A stretch of DNA of 64,000 nucleotides from Phaeosaccion multiseriatum (GCA_965112735.1 OZ218950.1:3968001-4032000); one strand, 5' to 3'. Counted from the first letter of the stretch, positions 1-31,750 are shown. Program-made: numbers and translations. Notes: a model not told the origin generated them from the letters alone.

Positions 1-132
1 GAGGGGGCGGTGGAGTAGTCTGCCCAAAAGTATACTCTTGTCTACGTGAATAAATTAAGACTTTGACTTGAAAGAAGAGGCGTGCCCCCTCTCGTATCTA
101 TCGGTGCCTCCACCAATCCACCCTATCCACTG

Positions 133-3100
133 TCATAATTTCCAACGAGCGTCCAAAACGCGCCGTAATTCATCAACTGGGGACGAGTGTGAAGATTGTG
201 AGTGTGCCGCTGGAGCCCCAGCTCGTGAAGCAGCAGCAGCCCCGAAAATGAAGCTACCTGCGGTCAACACGTTGGCCCCCGCCTCCACGCACTGAGCCGC
301 TGTAGAGGCGCTGATGCCCCCGTCCACTTGAATGTCAAGTAGCGCCCCCGGAGCAAGGGCCTGCCGCAGCTGCCGGACCTTGGCCAGCACTGCGGGTTGA
401 AAGCTCTGCCCCCCAAAGCCAGGCTGTACGGCCAGGATATCCACGCAGTCAATCTCCAGCACAGGGCCGGGGCCAGACACCAAAGCAAGCAGCCGGGAGT
501 CCACGGGGGTGTCAGGACTGAGCACCACGCCCACTCGCATGCCCCGAGAGCGGACTCGTCTGGCCAGTGCCAGGGCGGATACATCCTTGGTCGTATCATC
601 TTGCTGCTGCTGCTCCTCTCCCCCTCCCCCGGCCCCTCCCTCGCCCCCTCCTTCTTCAGGGCCAGAGACAGAGACAGAGGCAGAGTCGACCGAAGAGACA
701 GCCTCCTCCATGGCCTCCATGTGAAACAGTACCTGGCTCGCCCCGGCCCGCTCAAGAGCAGGCAAGTACGAGGCCGGGTTCTCCACAGCGAGATGCACGT
801 CCAAGAAAGCCGAGGGGAAGCGAGACCTCAGGGCCTGTACCATCGGAGGCCCGAAGGTGAGCACTTTTGCGAACCGCCCATCCACAATATCAACGTGTAT
901 CCAGTCCGCTCCTTGCTCGAGAGCATGCCCTACCGCTCCACCCACGTCGCACAAGTCGGCGGCCAACATGGAGGCATTCACCACGCCTCGAAGAGCAGTA
1001 CGAGGAGGAGTAGCAACGACAGGACCGTTAACACTAGCAGTCTCAGTGTTCTCTCCTCCTCCTCCTCCTCCTCCTCCTCCTCCTCCTCCTCCTCTCTGTT
1101 CTCTCAAATCGCGCAGGGCACCATATAAGCCCCTGTACTTGCCAAGCAGGCCGGCGTAGAGAGCGTGCCGCTCCCCACTGGGCACCACCACTCGCTCCTC
1201 ATGCACCATGGCCGAAATAGCGTCATCGATGGAGGCAAACACACCCGCGCCCACGGCAGCAAGGCAGGCAGCACCCAGGCAGCAGGCATTCTCCCCTCCC
1301 CGAGTGACCCGAATGGCACAGTTGGACACGTCCGCGTGTACCTGCAACCACAATTCACTCTTCACCGCTCCTCCAGCCGCGGTGATGGAGGTCGGTTTGA
1401 AGCCTGCTCGCCGCATGGCTTCGTAGTTGAGCTCTGTTTCAAATGCAATCCCCTCCAGCAGGGCTCGGAAGAGATGCCCTCTATGATGCTTGAGAGTGAG
1501 GCCCACCACCCCCCCCTTGCTGTGTGGGTCGGTGATGGGCAGCCTCTTGCCCTGGAAATCAGGCAAGAATAGGCAACCCTCGCTCCCCACCTCCACCTGC
1601 GCCGCCTCTCGGTCTAGCTCCTCGTAAGTGACTCCTTCTCCTCCCATCAGGCGCTTGAGCCAACTCACCGCCGACCCCGTGCTCGTCTGCCCGCCCTCCA
1701 CGATGAAGCGAGAAGGATACACGGCCGACGCATACGGACCCCACATCCCCTCGTGTATTACACATTCACCATCATCACCATCGCGCCCATCACCTGCCGC
1801 AGAGACGGAGGAGAGTTCGCTTCCTGCCACGCCCAAATGGAGGTGGGAGGAGCCCGTGATCATGGCCAAGGATCCCGGTTTGTTCACCCCAAGCCCTATC
1901 ATACCCAGGAACGCGTCCGCCCCGCCCATGGCTACAGGGCAGCGGCACCCTTCCCCAAGGCCAAGGTGAGTGGCCGCGGCAGGGGTCAGCGGCCCCACCA
2001 CCGCCCCCAAGGGCAACACATTGACCGGTGCAGGCCACTTGTCTTGAAGCTCCTCCAGCCCCAGCGAGCGCAAGAGGCTCGTGGGCCAGCCCTTGTCGGT
2101 AGAGTAGTGCCAGCGAATCGAGGCACAGTTCAGCGATACTTTCATGTCCGGCTTCTCCAACCCCCTCCCTCCTCCTCCTCCTCCTCCTTCTCCTCCTCCA
2201 GCAGCAGCCACCGTGAGGCGGTAGTTGAGATAGTCTGTCATTTCCACGATCCACCGAGCCTTAGTGAAGATATCCGGCCTCTCCTCTTTGAGCCAGAGCG
2301 CCTTGGGAATGAGGCACTCTGCGCTAACCGTTCCTCCCGAAACCGCCAACGCCGCGTCTCTCGTCAGCGTGACCCGCTCGGCCTGCCTGTGGGGTGGGGG
2401 TTGGTGTACACACATATATGCAGGTAGGCAGGTGTATGTGGTGCGCAGAGGGTGAGGAAGAAAAAGGATATAGCAATGACTTGTGTATGTGTGGGAGATG
2501 GTGCTGGTTGCCTTCGTCGCATTCGACCTGTCCAATGCGCAGTTGCCAACACCAACGATGAAACCATGAAAACAGGGTAAGCGCACTCACTTCCCCCTCG
2601 CATCTGAGCGTAAGTTGACTTGGCACGACGAGTACTTTGTTGCCATGACGCAGTACTTTGTTGTTGTTGTCCACTTTCTTCTTTTGTGAAGAGCCCTACT
2701 TTTGCTAGACTAACGCCTATCCTCTGAAATTTCCATAGGGGTAGTGTCAGACCAGCAAAAGTAGGACTCTTAACATGCCTGACAGTAAAGGTCGAACTCA
2801 GTCTAGGAAAAGTAGGACTCTTCACACTTTTGTGTCCCTGCGCACGTACCCTCCAATACCCGCTCTTTGATCCATCCACAAAATGCTCGGGCATAGCGAC
2901 CGCCCTTCGTCATCGAGAGCCACCACAGTGCAGCACGCTGCGTGAAAGGAACAAAGGGCAAATCAAGAGCAAGCACTCAGAAGAGAAGTACTTGGACAAG
3001 CCCGAGCAACCACGTGTAGCTAAGGTGTGCATGTTTCCTTCTCTTCCCTTCCGACTTACTTGAAGAGAGAGAGATTCCTTCGACGAGGGCCTTATCAACC

Positions 3101-3551
3101 CCGGACTTCTCCACAGCAACGGTTACAGCCTCCCCCAAGCATCTCCACCTGAACAACAACGTAGACGAAGGTGCGAGACATCGACAAGGGCCGTGTAAGT
3201 TCGTGATCGTGTCCAAGACGCGCATCCGCACCCCACGCAGGGCAAGCAAGTCATTCGTAAGTCAGCGTCAAGTGCTGGTTTGTCTGTCAAAAGGCTCCTC
3301 TTATACTATTATGTTCCGTCATTCTCATTGTATTCAACATACCACTCCTCTGGCTCTTGCTCCGCCCAGCCTGGGTGAGGAAATGACGTTTTCCACGGCA
3401 CGGCGTGAAAAGACAAGGCCTCTCCCGTCGAGGCGTTGAAGACGCCTGCCCTGAGGCCTTCCGTGCCTCCATCGGCGCCGACCACGAACCGAGTCATGAT
3501 GACGGTGGAGAGAAGAGGAAGAGCGATGCCGATCGTTGACTTACGTGACAT
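133..3551 (-). CDS. FGGY-family pentulose kinase fused C-terminally to ribulose-5-phosphate 3-epimerase; exons ~3551(or 3497)-3343, 3148-3060, 2939-2850, 2387-133
   Basis: FGGY motifs VVGADGGTEGLRAG, HPGWAEQEPEEW, CCTVVALD..ILWMDQRA, PKALWLKE, GGADAFLG, EGGQTSTGS, RALLEGIAF, GGAVKSELWLQVHADV. After a Gly linker come RPE motifs ASMLAAD, HVDIVDG..LTFG, DVHL, PGFGGQSF, VDGGI, AGANVLTAGSFIF. GT-AG junctions keep the frame. Confidence 0.92.
2685..2826. mobile_element. 142-bp MITE-like element in intron 3 of the kinase-epimerase gene
   Basis: 27-bp terminal inverted repeats (2685-2711 TGTGAAGAGCCCTACTTTTGCTAGACT; 2800-2826, 2 mismatches). TGT...ACA ends, CTTT on both flanks (2681-2684, 2827-2830), and an internal partial TIR copy at ~2750-2774. 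Confidence 0.75.
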
Positions 3552-3605
3552 TCATTTTTTTCTCTCTCATCCTTCCTCTCTTGTGCTTGTTCTCTTTTAT
3601 AGTTC

Positions 3606-6439
3606 ATGCCTGCTGCGGGTACGGGTGGTATAGGCGGAAATCTGTTCTCCTCGGCGATAGGGGCGATCGGGGTAGTTCTTCTTGTCTTTCTAGCTGGCTC
3701 TGCAACAGCGAAAGCCATCGGCGGGAGCAGCAGGCGCACCCGATCGGGAGAGGGTGTGACGATAATGGCCGATGCTAAAGTTGCCACTGTCTACGATGGG
3801 GGTCCGGAGGGGGAGGAGAGAGAGGTGACGTCCTTCCTGAACAGGTAGGTTGGGGACACAACATTTAACATTTTTATCAAAGATAGCATTGGGTCTCCTA
3901 CTTGCTCTCTCTCGCCTCTCCGTCTTCTCTCTGTCTCTTCCTCTCATTTTTCTACTGACTGAAGTAGTGGAAGTAATGAACTTTCCCCCCTTCCCCCCCA
4001 GCGACGAGAAGGAGGTTGGCTATCGGACGTGGAAGCCAACGAAGGGATGCTCGAAGGGCCTTGGTGAGTCCAAGGTAGCTTAGCGACCGGAGAGGAGAAG
4101 GCGTAGTATGATGGCCTCTGGACGAAACCCGCGAAGTGATATATAAGGCACATAGTACCCTGAGCTGCCATCGTTTGTTTTCAGTGCTTTGGCGGCCATT
4201 GGAGCGATGCCTCCACCCCCCCCCCCCCTTCTCTTCTTGCATCTCGCACGCTGCGGCCCACGCCTACTCCTCCCTCTGGGCCTTGCTCCTCCCCCACCCC
4301 CCTTCATTTGCTGCCCTCTGGTTGGTCCCGGTCCTCTTCCCCTTTTGGTGGACAGTGGTCATCATGCACGGTCTTCACGAGCATGGCGGACGCTGGGCAC
4401 ATGTGGCGCACTGGCTCGTGGGTAAAGGGTACAACGTCTGTGCCAGGTTCGTCAGAGCAGCGGGTGTTCAAAACGATATTCGATATGCCCAAGACGAGCG
4501 AAAGGGGGGGGGGAAGGGGCGAGCGAACCCCTCTCTCTTTCTCTCTCCCTCTCTCTGTCTCTCTACTTGTATGTCCATCTCTCTCTCCACTGCCCTCATC
4601 CGCTCTCCCCTCTGTTCATTCATTCACGCCCTCCTTGTTTCCTGTATTGTGTGCGTATATCATGTCTGTGGCCTCCCTCCCCTCCCTCTACCCCTCTACC
4701 CCCTCCCCACCTCACAGCGACCACCAGGGCCACGGAAGATCTTACAACCCTCAGGGCCTCATATCTTCCTGGGAAGAAATGGTGTCCGATCAGACCACAT
4801 TCCTCAAGCGAATGATGGGCGAGCACAAGAAGGAGAACCCCTCCCTACCCACCTTTGTCATCTGCCACTCCATGGGCACACTCGTATCTACCGCGGCACT
4901 GGAGCAGCTGCAGCAAGACGCTACCACCGAGGCTGGCGGAAAGGCCGAGGGTGAGGGTCAGACGGCAGGACCCTTCTCAGTGGCAAAAGTGGTCTTTTCG
5001 GGCTGCCCTCTCAAGGCGGGCCCTGGTGCAGCCACTCCGCTCGGCGTGTCCTTCCTATACAATATCAATAAGGTGTGTGTGTGTGTGTGCGTGTTTGCGC
5101 ATGTGTGTATGTATGTACGTACGTGTGTTGTGTATGTGCGTGCCACAGCATGGATGGAACGCAGCACCCGTACGAGTTACATTCCAGTACGAGGCATCCT
5201 CGTTGTACCCTTACTGTCTTCCCCTCTCTTCGCACTCACCCACCGACTCGGCGATGAAAGCCGTGTCCTCTTGACAGTCAGTCACCTTGTGTCCCTCTTT
5301 ATCCCCCCCTTCCTCTGCGTCCCTCCTCATCCCCCACTTCCCCTGCCCTCATTATCACACCCTCTTGCCACACCGCACCCCTTGCCCGTCGTCCTTCGTC
5401 TTCCCTCCTCCTCTTCTCTCTCCCCTCTTTCTCCCCTCCCTCTCTCCTCCTCCCATCCCCCTCTCTCCTTGTCCATCCATCCATCTATCCATCCATCCAT
5501 CTATCCATACGTCCATGCATCCATCCATCCATCCATCCATCCATTCATCCATCCATCCATCCATCCATCCATCCATCCATCCATCCATTCATCCACCCAT
5601 CCACCCATCCATCCATCCATCCATCCATCCATCCATCCATCCATCCACCCACCCATCCACCCATCCACCCATCCACCCATCCACGTCACCCATCCATCCA
5701 TCCATCCATCCATCCATCCACCCATCCCTCCGTGCCATAACCCATGCACATGCACATGCAGTTCCCTAGGCTCTTGAAGGGCATGGCGCGCGTGTTTGCC
5801 AAGCTCGATCCCAACGGGCCCAACGCCCCTATCCACGAGGACGCCCTCTCCTCTAACCCTGCGGTGTTGGAGAAAGTGCATCGCGACTCACTGCACTTCA
5901 CGGGCAGTATTAAGAACAAGACTGGCTTTGAGGTCATCAAGCTTATTGAGCAAGTGAAACGGGTGAGTGGGTGGGTGAGTGGGTGGGTGAGTGGGTGGGT
6001 GAGTGGGTGAGTGAGTGGGGGAGTGGATGGGTGGGGAGAAGGAGGCAACTCATCTCTCTCTCTCTCTTATCTCCCCGAGCTCCTTCCTTTCTCAACTTGA
6101 TATTCATTACTCCCTGCTCCCTTTGTACTTCCCCATCCATCCATTCCTCCAATATGGAATGGATGGGAAAGTTTAACAATCCCACAACAAACCCCCGTTT
6201 ATCTACGCCCCCCTCAACACGCCCCCCTTCAGGCGGCCCCTTCCCTGACCATGCCCTCCCTGCTCATCCACGGTGAAGCTGACACGATTGCCTACCCGGA
6301 GGGCTCCATGACGCTGCTCGGCTTGCTCGGGGCAGCGGACAAAATGGCAAAGGTGCTGCCCGGCCTCAAGCACGAGTGTCTCAATGAGGACGGGTGGGAG
6401 GATATTATGACAGAGGTGGATGACTTCTTCTCCAGATAG
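3606..6439 (+). CDS. Alpha/beta hydrolase, monoacylglycerol lipase/lysophospholipase-like, with N-terminal hydrophobic anchor; exons ~3606-3844, 4002-4063, 4356-4446, 4718-5071, 5762-5962, 6233-6439
   Basis: [18 protein letters not shown], nucleophile [15 protein letters not shown] (Asp), LKHECLNE (His). Confidence 0.88.
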
Positions 6440-7273
6440 TGAGGAGGGATGGGGCAGTGTTGAGGCTGCTCATGATGGTGATGATGATGATGATGATGAT
6501 GGTGATGGTGATGATGATGATGATGATGGTGATGATGGTGGGGAGTATATGATGATGAATGATGATGGTGATGGATGAAGAGGGCCATAATGGTGAGGAG
6601 TGTGATGATGGATGAGGTGTGGGTGTAGGCGGGACGGTGCGACGCATCATTGAGATGCCTCCTCTCCCCTCCCTGCCGCCTTGCTACCATGCCGCTCGCG
6701 TCGCTCCACGCACATCGGTAGCAGCAACAACAGCAGCTCTAGGTAGGAAGGTAGTGTATGTGTAAGTCAAACATCTTTTCTCAGTGCTTTACATGTGATA
6801 TTAAGTGTTGTTACTTTGCCAACTTTTTCGGTGAATGAAGTGCATCCGTTGCGTTGATCCCCTTGACTGAGTACATGCTGTGCAAGCAATGACCTTTTTT
6901 GACTTGTCTTCTGACGGACGGACTGACGGACGGACGGACGGACTGGCTGAGACTGACTGACTGACTGACTGACTGACTGACTGACTGACTGACTGATTGA
7001 CTGACTGAATGTAGATGACGCCCTCCTCCTGCCTACCCCGAGGGGCCTCACTCCCTGACTTCAGTCTGACTCCTCTCCTATCTACAATGGGAAGCCTCAT
7101 TGATTCCTAACGTCGTTTCTTCGTCGTGCCTACTTACCCATGGCAGGGCCTCTTTCATTGCCTTGGTCTGACACGGTCTCCATACCCATCTATACTCCTC
7201 GTCTCTCTCCTACCTCTACTGCGCTACCCCTAACACACCAAGACCAATGTTGCCATGACCTGACGTGACTGGT

Positions 7274-14722
<7,449 letters not shown>

Positions 14723-15555
14723 GATGACTCACTTACTACCGGTGTCCTCTCGTCAATGCCTACTCAGCGCTGACTCAGCGCTGACTCACACAGACTCGCA
14801 CAGCCCAACCACGCCCCCAAACTTCGTTGTTGGTGTTGTTGATGTCCTGGCCCTCCCAGGGACCTCTCCTGCCGTCCTCCTCCCGTACCCGGTGGTTTTG
14901 CGGGCCCTACCTCTCGGTTGGGCACGGACCACCAGCACAAACAGTCCTCACGGCCTCGAGCGCACAAGTCTGTGCGAAGTGATGACGAGCCACACCACTT
15001 CGGCTCAATGTCGTAGGTCCTTGCTCTTGTTCGTCACGGCAACCCCCCGAGTCGCTCCACAATCATGGCTGCATCCTGAGACCATCTTGAAGTATCGTCA
15101 ATCGCTCGCGCATCATCCCTCTTCAGTCCGCCCCCCCAATAAAGCCAGGCACCAGCGGTGATTTATACTTCTCTCTCTCTCTCTTGGACTCTTTCCCTCC
15201 TCTGCTCAGAGAGAGAGAGAGAGAGAACAAGAAGAATAATCAGTGATGGCTGAAAGCCAGCACGGGGATTCCAATAGAGGGGGGTCACTGAGGGAGCACC
15301 AATTAAGGTATGGGCAAATTGCTTTTAGAGCAAGCAATCAAGGCAGTGGCGGTTTCGGCAGTTGGAAGTTTGCGCTCTTTTTTGAACTGTCCGGGATCAT
15401 CAAGGAGAAAATGAGGACCATGTATGGACGGCTTCGACAGTCCAAGCAGTTCTCGAGCGAGCAGCAGCTGCCGCAAGGCGCGGCCCAGGCAGCCAAGTCC
15501 ACGAGGAACTAGTGAGGGCAAACGATCCGGGGAAAAAAATTAATGTGAAGCAGCG

Positions 15556-27399
<11,844 letters not shown>

Positions 27400-27913
27400 G
27401 GGATATGTATGTATGTATGTATGCCGCCGGTGTGCCCATACGCCTCCTGTGTGCACAAGTGCCTCAATGCCTCAATGACTGAGTAAGGGGCAAGGGCTTG
27501 GCTTGTTGAAGGTCACCACATACGCACTCACTCACAGCCCCCCCCTCCTGACGGAACGGATGGAGAGAGTGGTGGCGAAAGGCTTGCTTTGCAGAGCTAC
27601 ACTCAATAATATACGACAATATGACTATCGTACTCCGCTACACTCAATAATATATGACAATATGACTATCGTACTCCGCTGTGTATTCACACTTTTATCC
27701 CCTCTCTCTCACTCTCCCTCTCTCTCTCTGTCTCTCTCTCTCTCTCTTCTCCCGCCCTCTCTCTCTCTCTCTCTCTCTCTCTTGCTCTCTCTCCCTCTCT
27801 CCCTCTTTCAATGCCCCCTTGGAAAGTTTTTACACGCAACGATACGTCTTTTCTGAAGTAACTTGTTTGTTTGTTGGTTGTCCGCCTGTCGCCTTGCCGA
27901 GCGCGGAGGATTA

Positions 27914-28384
27914 CTAAGCCTTGTTCTCTGACTCCTCTACGGGCGGCGGCTGTTGCTGCTCCACCTTTGGCTTTCTTTTCTTGGGTATCCATGCCCAAAC
28001 CTGATGATCATGCATTGAGTCGTGTCTTCAAGGTCAGAGAGGGAAGAGAGAGAGGGAGGGGGAGGGAGGGGGGGGGTAGAGAGAGAAAGAGAGGTGGAGG
28101 GGGAGGGGAGAGGGGGTAGAGAGAGAGAGAAGGAGAGGGAAAGAGAGACAGAGCGCGAAGGAGAGAGGGAGACAGAGAGGGAGAGGGGGAGAGAGAGAGT
28201 CGAGGGAGAGAGAGGGGGGGGGGGGGGGGACAGAGGGATAGGGGGAGAGACAGTGCGCGCGAGAGAGAGAGAGGGGTGGAGAGAGAGAGAGAGAGGGAGA
28301 GAGAGAGAGAGACATCCATGCGAAAGAGCCGCACCAACTGAGGCGACTGCATGGACACTAAGAGTAGTCTAAGGGTGGGACGTC

Positions 28385-28415
<31 letters not shown>

Positions 28416-29595
28416 CTCACCATTTCGCAGTTGATGGGCTGCTTGCCTTCCCCATCCGTTACCTGCTTGCATTGATGTGTTTGGCGCATATGCGTGCGGA
28501 GGGTCAAGGATGAAGTGTTGCGAAGACAGGAGACAAGCGAGGCTAGACCTCACCGCTGCCCACTCTCCAACCCGCCCCCACCCCCACCCACCCACCCACT
28601 TCAATCCTCTCGTACATGTACATTGTAAATGTAAGCACAGTCGCACCCATGCGTGCACCACACACGCATCCGTCTGCGGTCATATACCTGCTTGCTTCAC
28701 CCACCCACTGACGTACTAACCACGCACCTTGACGTCAACCACGAAGTCTCCCTTATCCTCCGTGTGGACTCTCTGCAGCTGTTCGGGGGTGAGCGACGCC
28801 ACGGCCTGCAGGTCTCCCACCGCCCGCTTCACATACTCTACCTTCATGCTCTGTTGTCGCGATAGGAGGGGGGGGATGACGGGGAGGGGGACGAGAGTTA
28901 GTCTTGCCTTCCCTCCTGCCTTTATCAGATCATCGATTTCAAAGAGAGTGGCACTCAGTAGGACCTAAGAAAAGTGGCTAAGCCTCTACTCAAGGATTGT
29001 GGTACGCAGGAAGACACGGGGAAAGTGCCTTCCCTCCTGCCTGTATCAGAGCCTCTAATTCAGGAGTGGTGGTACTAAAAAGGCACTACCTTAATGACCA
29101 TGACGTGCGAGTCAGGGACGTTCATGCCAAGCAAGATGCCTGTCGAGGATTCGCTCACGAGCGCCATCCCGCAGGCGTGCACCGAGCCGATGTGATTTTG
29201 CACCTGTTTCCCACACACAGTGGAGGACCATGGATGGATGGGTGAGGTATAGTTAGGATCGAAAGGAAGTGAAAGACAGTGTAAGGAGAGAGCTACGAGC
29301 CTTCGTCTTGTTTGCCAGGGTCACCACTGCTCGTTGCCTGTCCAGCTCCCTAATTCTGATTCCAGCTGTGCCTGTGGGATCAACGAAGTGCAGCAGCGGC
29401 AATACAAGAGACAGGTTACAGATCAAACGCCCGCGCCACTCTCCTTGGAGAAGAAGTTGCTCTCTCACCTGCGAGTTTAACCTGCGAGTTGAACATGTAG
29501 GTGTAGCCCCAGTGGCGCAGGCCGACAGGCAAGTACTTGTCGATCGCAGCCACTGCGGAGGACATCTTATTGAGCGGCAGCTTTGATCCAAGCAT
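27914..29595 (-). CDS. DUF4442/PaaI-like hot-dog-fold thioesterase; 6 exons (missed by the ORF track)
   Basis: Spliced product MLGSKLPLNKMSSAVAAIDKYLP..FNSQVKLAGTAGIRIRELD..VTLANKTK|VQNHIGSVHACGMALVSESSTGILLGMNVPD..K|SMKVEYVKRAVGDLQAVA..|VTDGEGKQPINCEM|VWAWIPKKR..*. Confidence 0.8.
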
Positions 29596-30054
29596 CTTTG
29601 TTTTGAATTACGGCTGTTTATTGATTGAGGTTGGCAGAACTATGCACGCAGGTTGATGAGCCAAGCGTCACTCACAGATGGCACTACAGTTTCAGTTTCC
29701 GTTTCAGCCGCCCCTGACGCACTTTTTCGGCTATCCGGGGTTAGTTTAGTGTTGGACGGGTTTCAGCTCAGTTGATTGAGGCTTCATTAGCCTACTAGGC
29801 TGGCTTCGCGACAGATGATGGGGCCAAAAAAATCGTACTTCAAAGTCATGCGCCAGGACGTCCGCTCCCTCGCTGGCCTTCTTTCAGCCACCTCAGACCA
29901 CCCCCCTCCCCCCCGCGGCCCTACTTCTGCTTCATTCCCCTGCTCTATGATGCTAAACACGTCCCTCGCTACTCGCGTTCAAAGCCTGTCCCTCCCTGCC
30001 GTCTACTGCCTTCCTTGGTGCTCCCCACTACCCTCCTCGCACGTGCCTACCATT

Positions 30055-30215
30055 CGTGTTCTGGGCAGTACCAGTCCCTTTAGGGACCCCAGGCAGAGGC
30101 GGAAAAAGGCAATACGTATGGAATTCCTTGTTGCAGGTCTCACACAGCAATACATGTAGGTGTTGGTGGTCGCTGTCCTCTTGACATAGACTATCTGGCA
30201 AGTAGTCACCTCCTC
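30055..30215 (-). pseudogene. Frameshifted PHD-finger remnant
   Basis: TTCQI/(shift)CQEDSDHQHLHVLLCETCNKEFHTYCLFPPLPGVPKG/(shift)WYCPEH. The C4HC3-like pattern is broken by two frameshifts, with no introns. Confidence 0.7.
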
Positions 30216-30813
30216 GCTTGCTTCCTCTCGTGTACCACGAGCCAATGCCTTGAGGTCTTGCTTTGGGCTTCTTGACGCGTCGCCCACGCGTAGACACGGC
30301 CTCCACCGTCCGCCCCCGCTTCCTCTTGCCTAGCTAGTGACGTTACGTCCACTGACATATCCTCGTCTCCCGCACTGTCGCAATGAGCTTCTTCTGAAGT
30401 GCGTCTTTGGGTGACGCTCAACAGGGGCACGACCCGATGATAGGCGAATGCGGGGGGGATTGAATGTATATCACTTATTGCTTTGGACTGACCCGACACG
30501 CTGTTGAGGATCTCGGCGCGATCTAAGCCCCTTTCCCTACTGGTGTGTGCTAGCTATCTGCTATCGGCGCCAGCCGGCGTGCTATCTGCTATCGAGATGT
30601 GGTCTATAGCACGTCAGGGGTCGAGCAAGGGACGGGCGGTAATGTATGACGAACAAAAAAAAAAAAATCACCTTTGGGGGCGGGGTGATGAGGCGTTAGT
30701 TTTAGACCACTATAGAGCGATGGCACTTAATGTAATCATTATTCTTTGTTCGTTCGCAACAAACCACAAACAAGCGATATTATCCACGAAGACAAGATAA
30801 AAAGATCAGCACC

Positions 30814-31605
30814 ATGACTTCGCACAAGCTGATTTATGTAAGAAAGAGAGGGAGACGTATGGTGCCAACGAAGAGGAAGGACAGGGATAGAAAAACGGGA
30901 CAAAACGATCTTTCATCCCGCCTGTTCCTCCGCCAGTCTCCTGCCGCCGTTCCCACCCTAACCCGATCCCTCAACTCCTTGCTCTTCCGCCCGTAGTTCC
31001 CTTTCAATGGCAGGGGTCTCCCTGTCCGCCTTTTAGCCCATGTGGCTGGCCTGGAGCTGGAAAATCACACTGTCACATTTCAAGACTTCGCCGAGGCAAA
31101 AACGAGCTACCCATACGGACAAGTCCCCCTACTAGACGTGACAGCGGAGGACGGCACCATCACCCAGATCGCCCAGACCTCAACGATTCTTCGCTACATC
31201 GCCCGCAAGGCCGGATCCCCCACGTACCCTACGGACTTGGTTGAGGCCGCCAAGGTCGATGAGCTCCTTCAGTCTCTGGAGGAGCCTTTCGCCGGCCTCG
31301 GACAGACGGGGAGTTTAGGGGAAGAGGAAAAGAAGGCGGCCCGTGAGGCCATTGTGGCGGGGCCTTTCGCGAAGTGGATGCCGGCCATTGAGAAGCGCGT
31401 CGCGTCCTACGCAGGGCCCTATGCTTGTGGAGAACAAGTAACACTGGTAGATTTCATCATCGAGAGTTTTGTCCGCGTCCTGGAGGATGGTGTCATGGAA
31501 CATATCCCCGCGTCAATCCTGGAGCCTTTCGAGAACATCCTCGCCTCCAACAAGGCCTTCCGAGCAGTTCCCTCCGTGGCGCAGTACTTGAAGGAGCTGA
31601 CGTGA
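30814..31605 (+). CDS. Glutathione S-transferase, sigma-like; exons 30814-30837 and 30997-31605
   Basis: MTSHKLIY|FPFNGRGLPVRLL (Tyr-type active site), PYGQVPLLDV, IAQTSTILRYIAR, VTLVDF. Confidence 0.9.
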
Positions 31606-31750
31606 TTCTGAGGGAGGCGTGATTCGTGATTCTGTGCACCGCCTATATATATAGCGCCATAGTGCGTAGTAATAAGTCAGGGAGTTGAAGGCGTGATTCG
31701 TGTTTCTGTGCACCGGTACAGGCGTGGCACCCTCCCTCAGAATCACGTCA
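31598..31750. mobile_element. 153-bp foldback/MITE-like element overlapping the GST stop codon
   Basis: Perfect 20-bp inverted repeat TGACGTGATTCTGAGGGAGG (31598-31617 / 31731-31750) and an internal direct repeat AGGCGTGATTCGTG(A/T)TTCTGTGCACCG. No clear TSD. Confidence 0.55.

Noticed and set aside
2388-2586. N-terminal ~66 aa of the 817-aa ORF
   Set aside because: Intron 3 read-through; the true FGGY N-terminus is in upstream exons.
15243-15512. 89-aa ORF upstream of the kinesin
   Set aside because: No recognisable motif, and its apparent donor is out of phase with the kinesin start exon. At most a uORF.
31603-31750. SECIS or selenocysteine read-through at the GST TGA
   Set aside because: TGA falls at the normal GST C-terminus and I see no AUGA/GA quartet with apical AA geometry.
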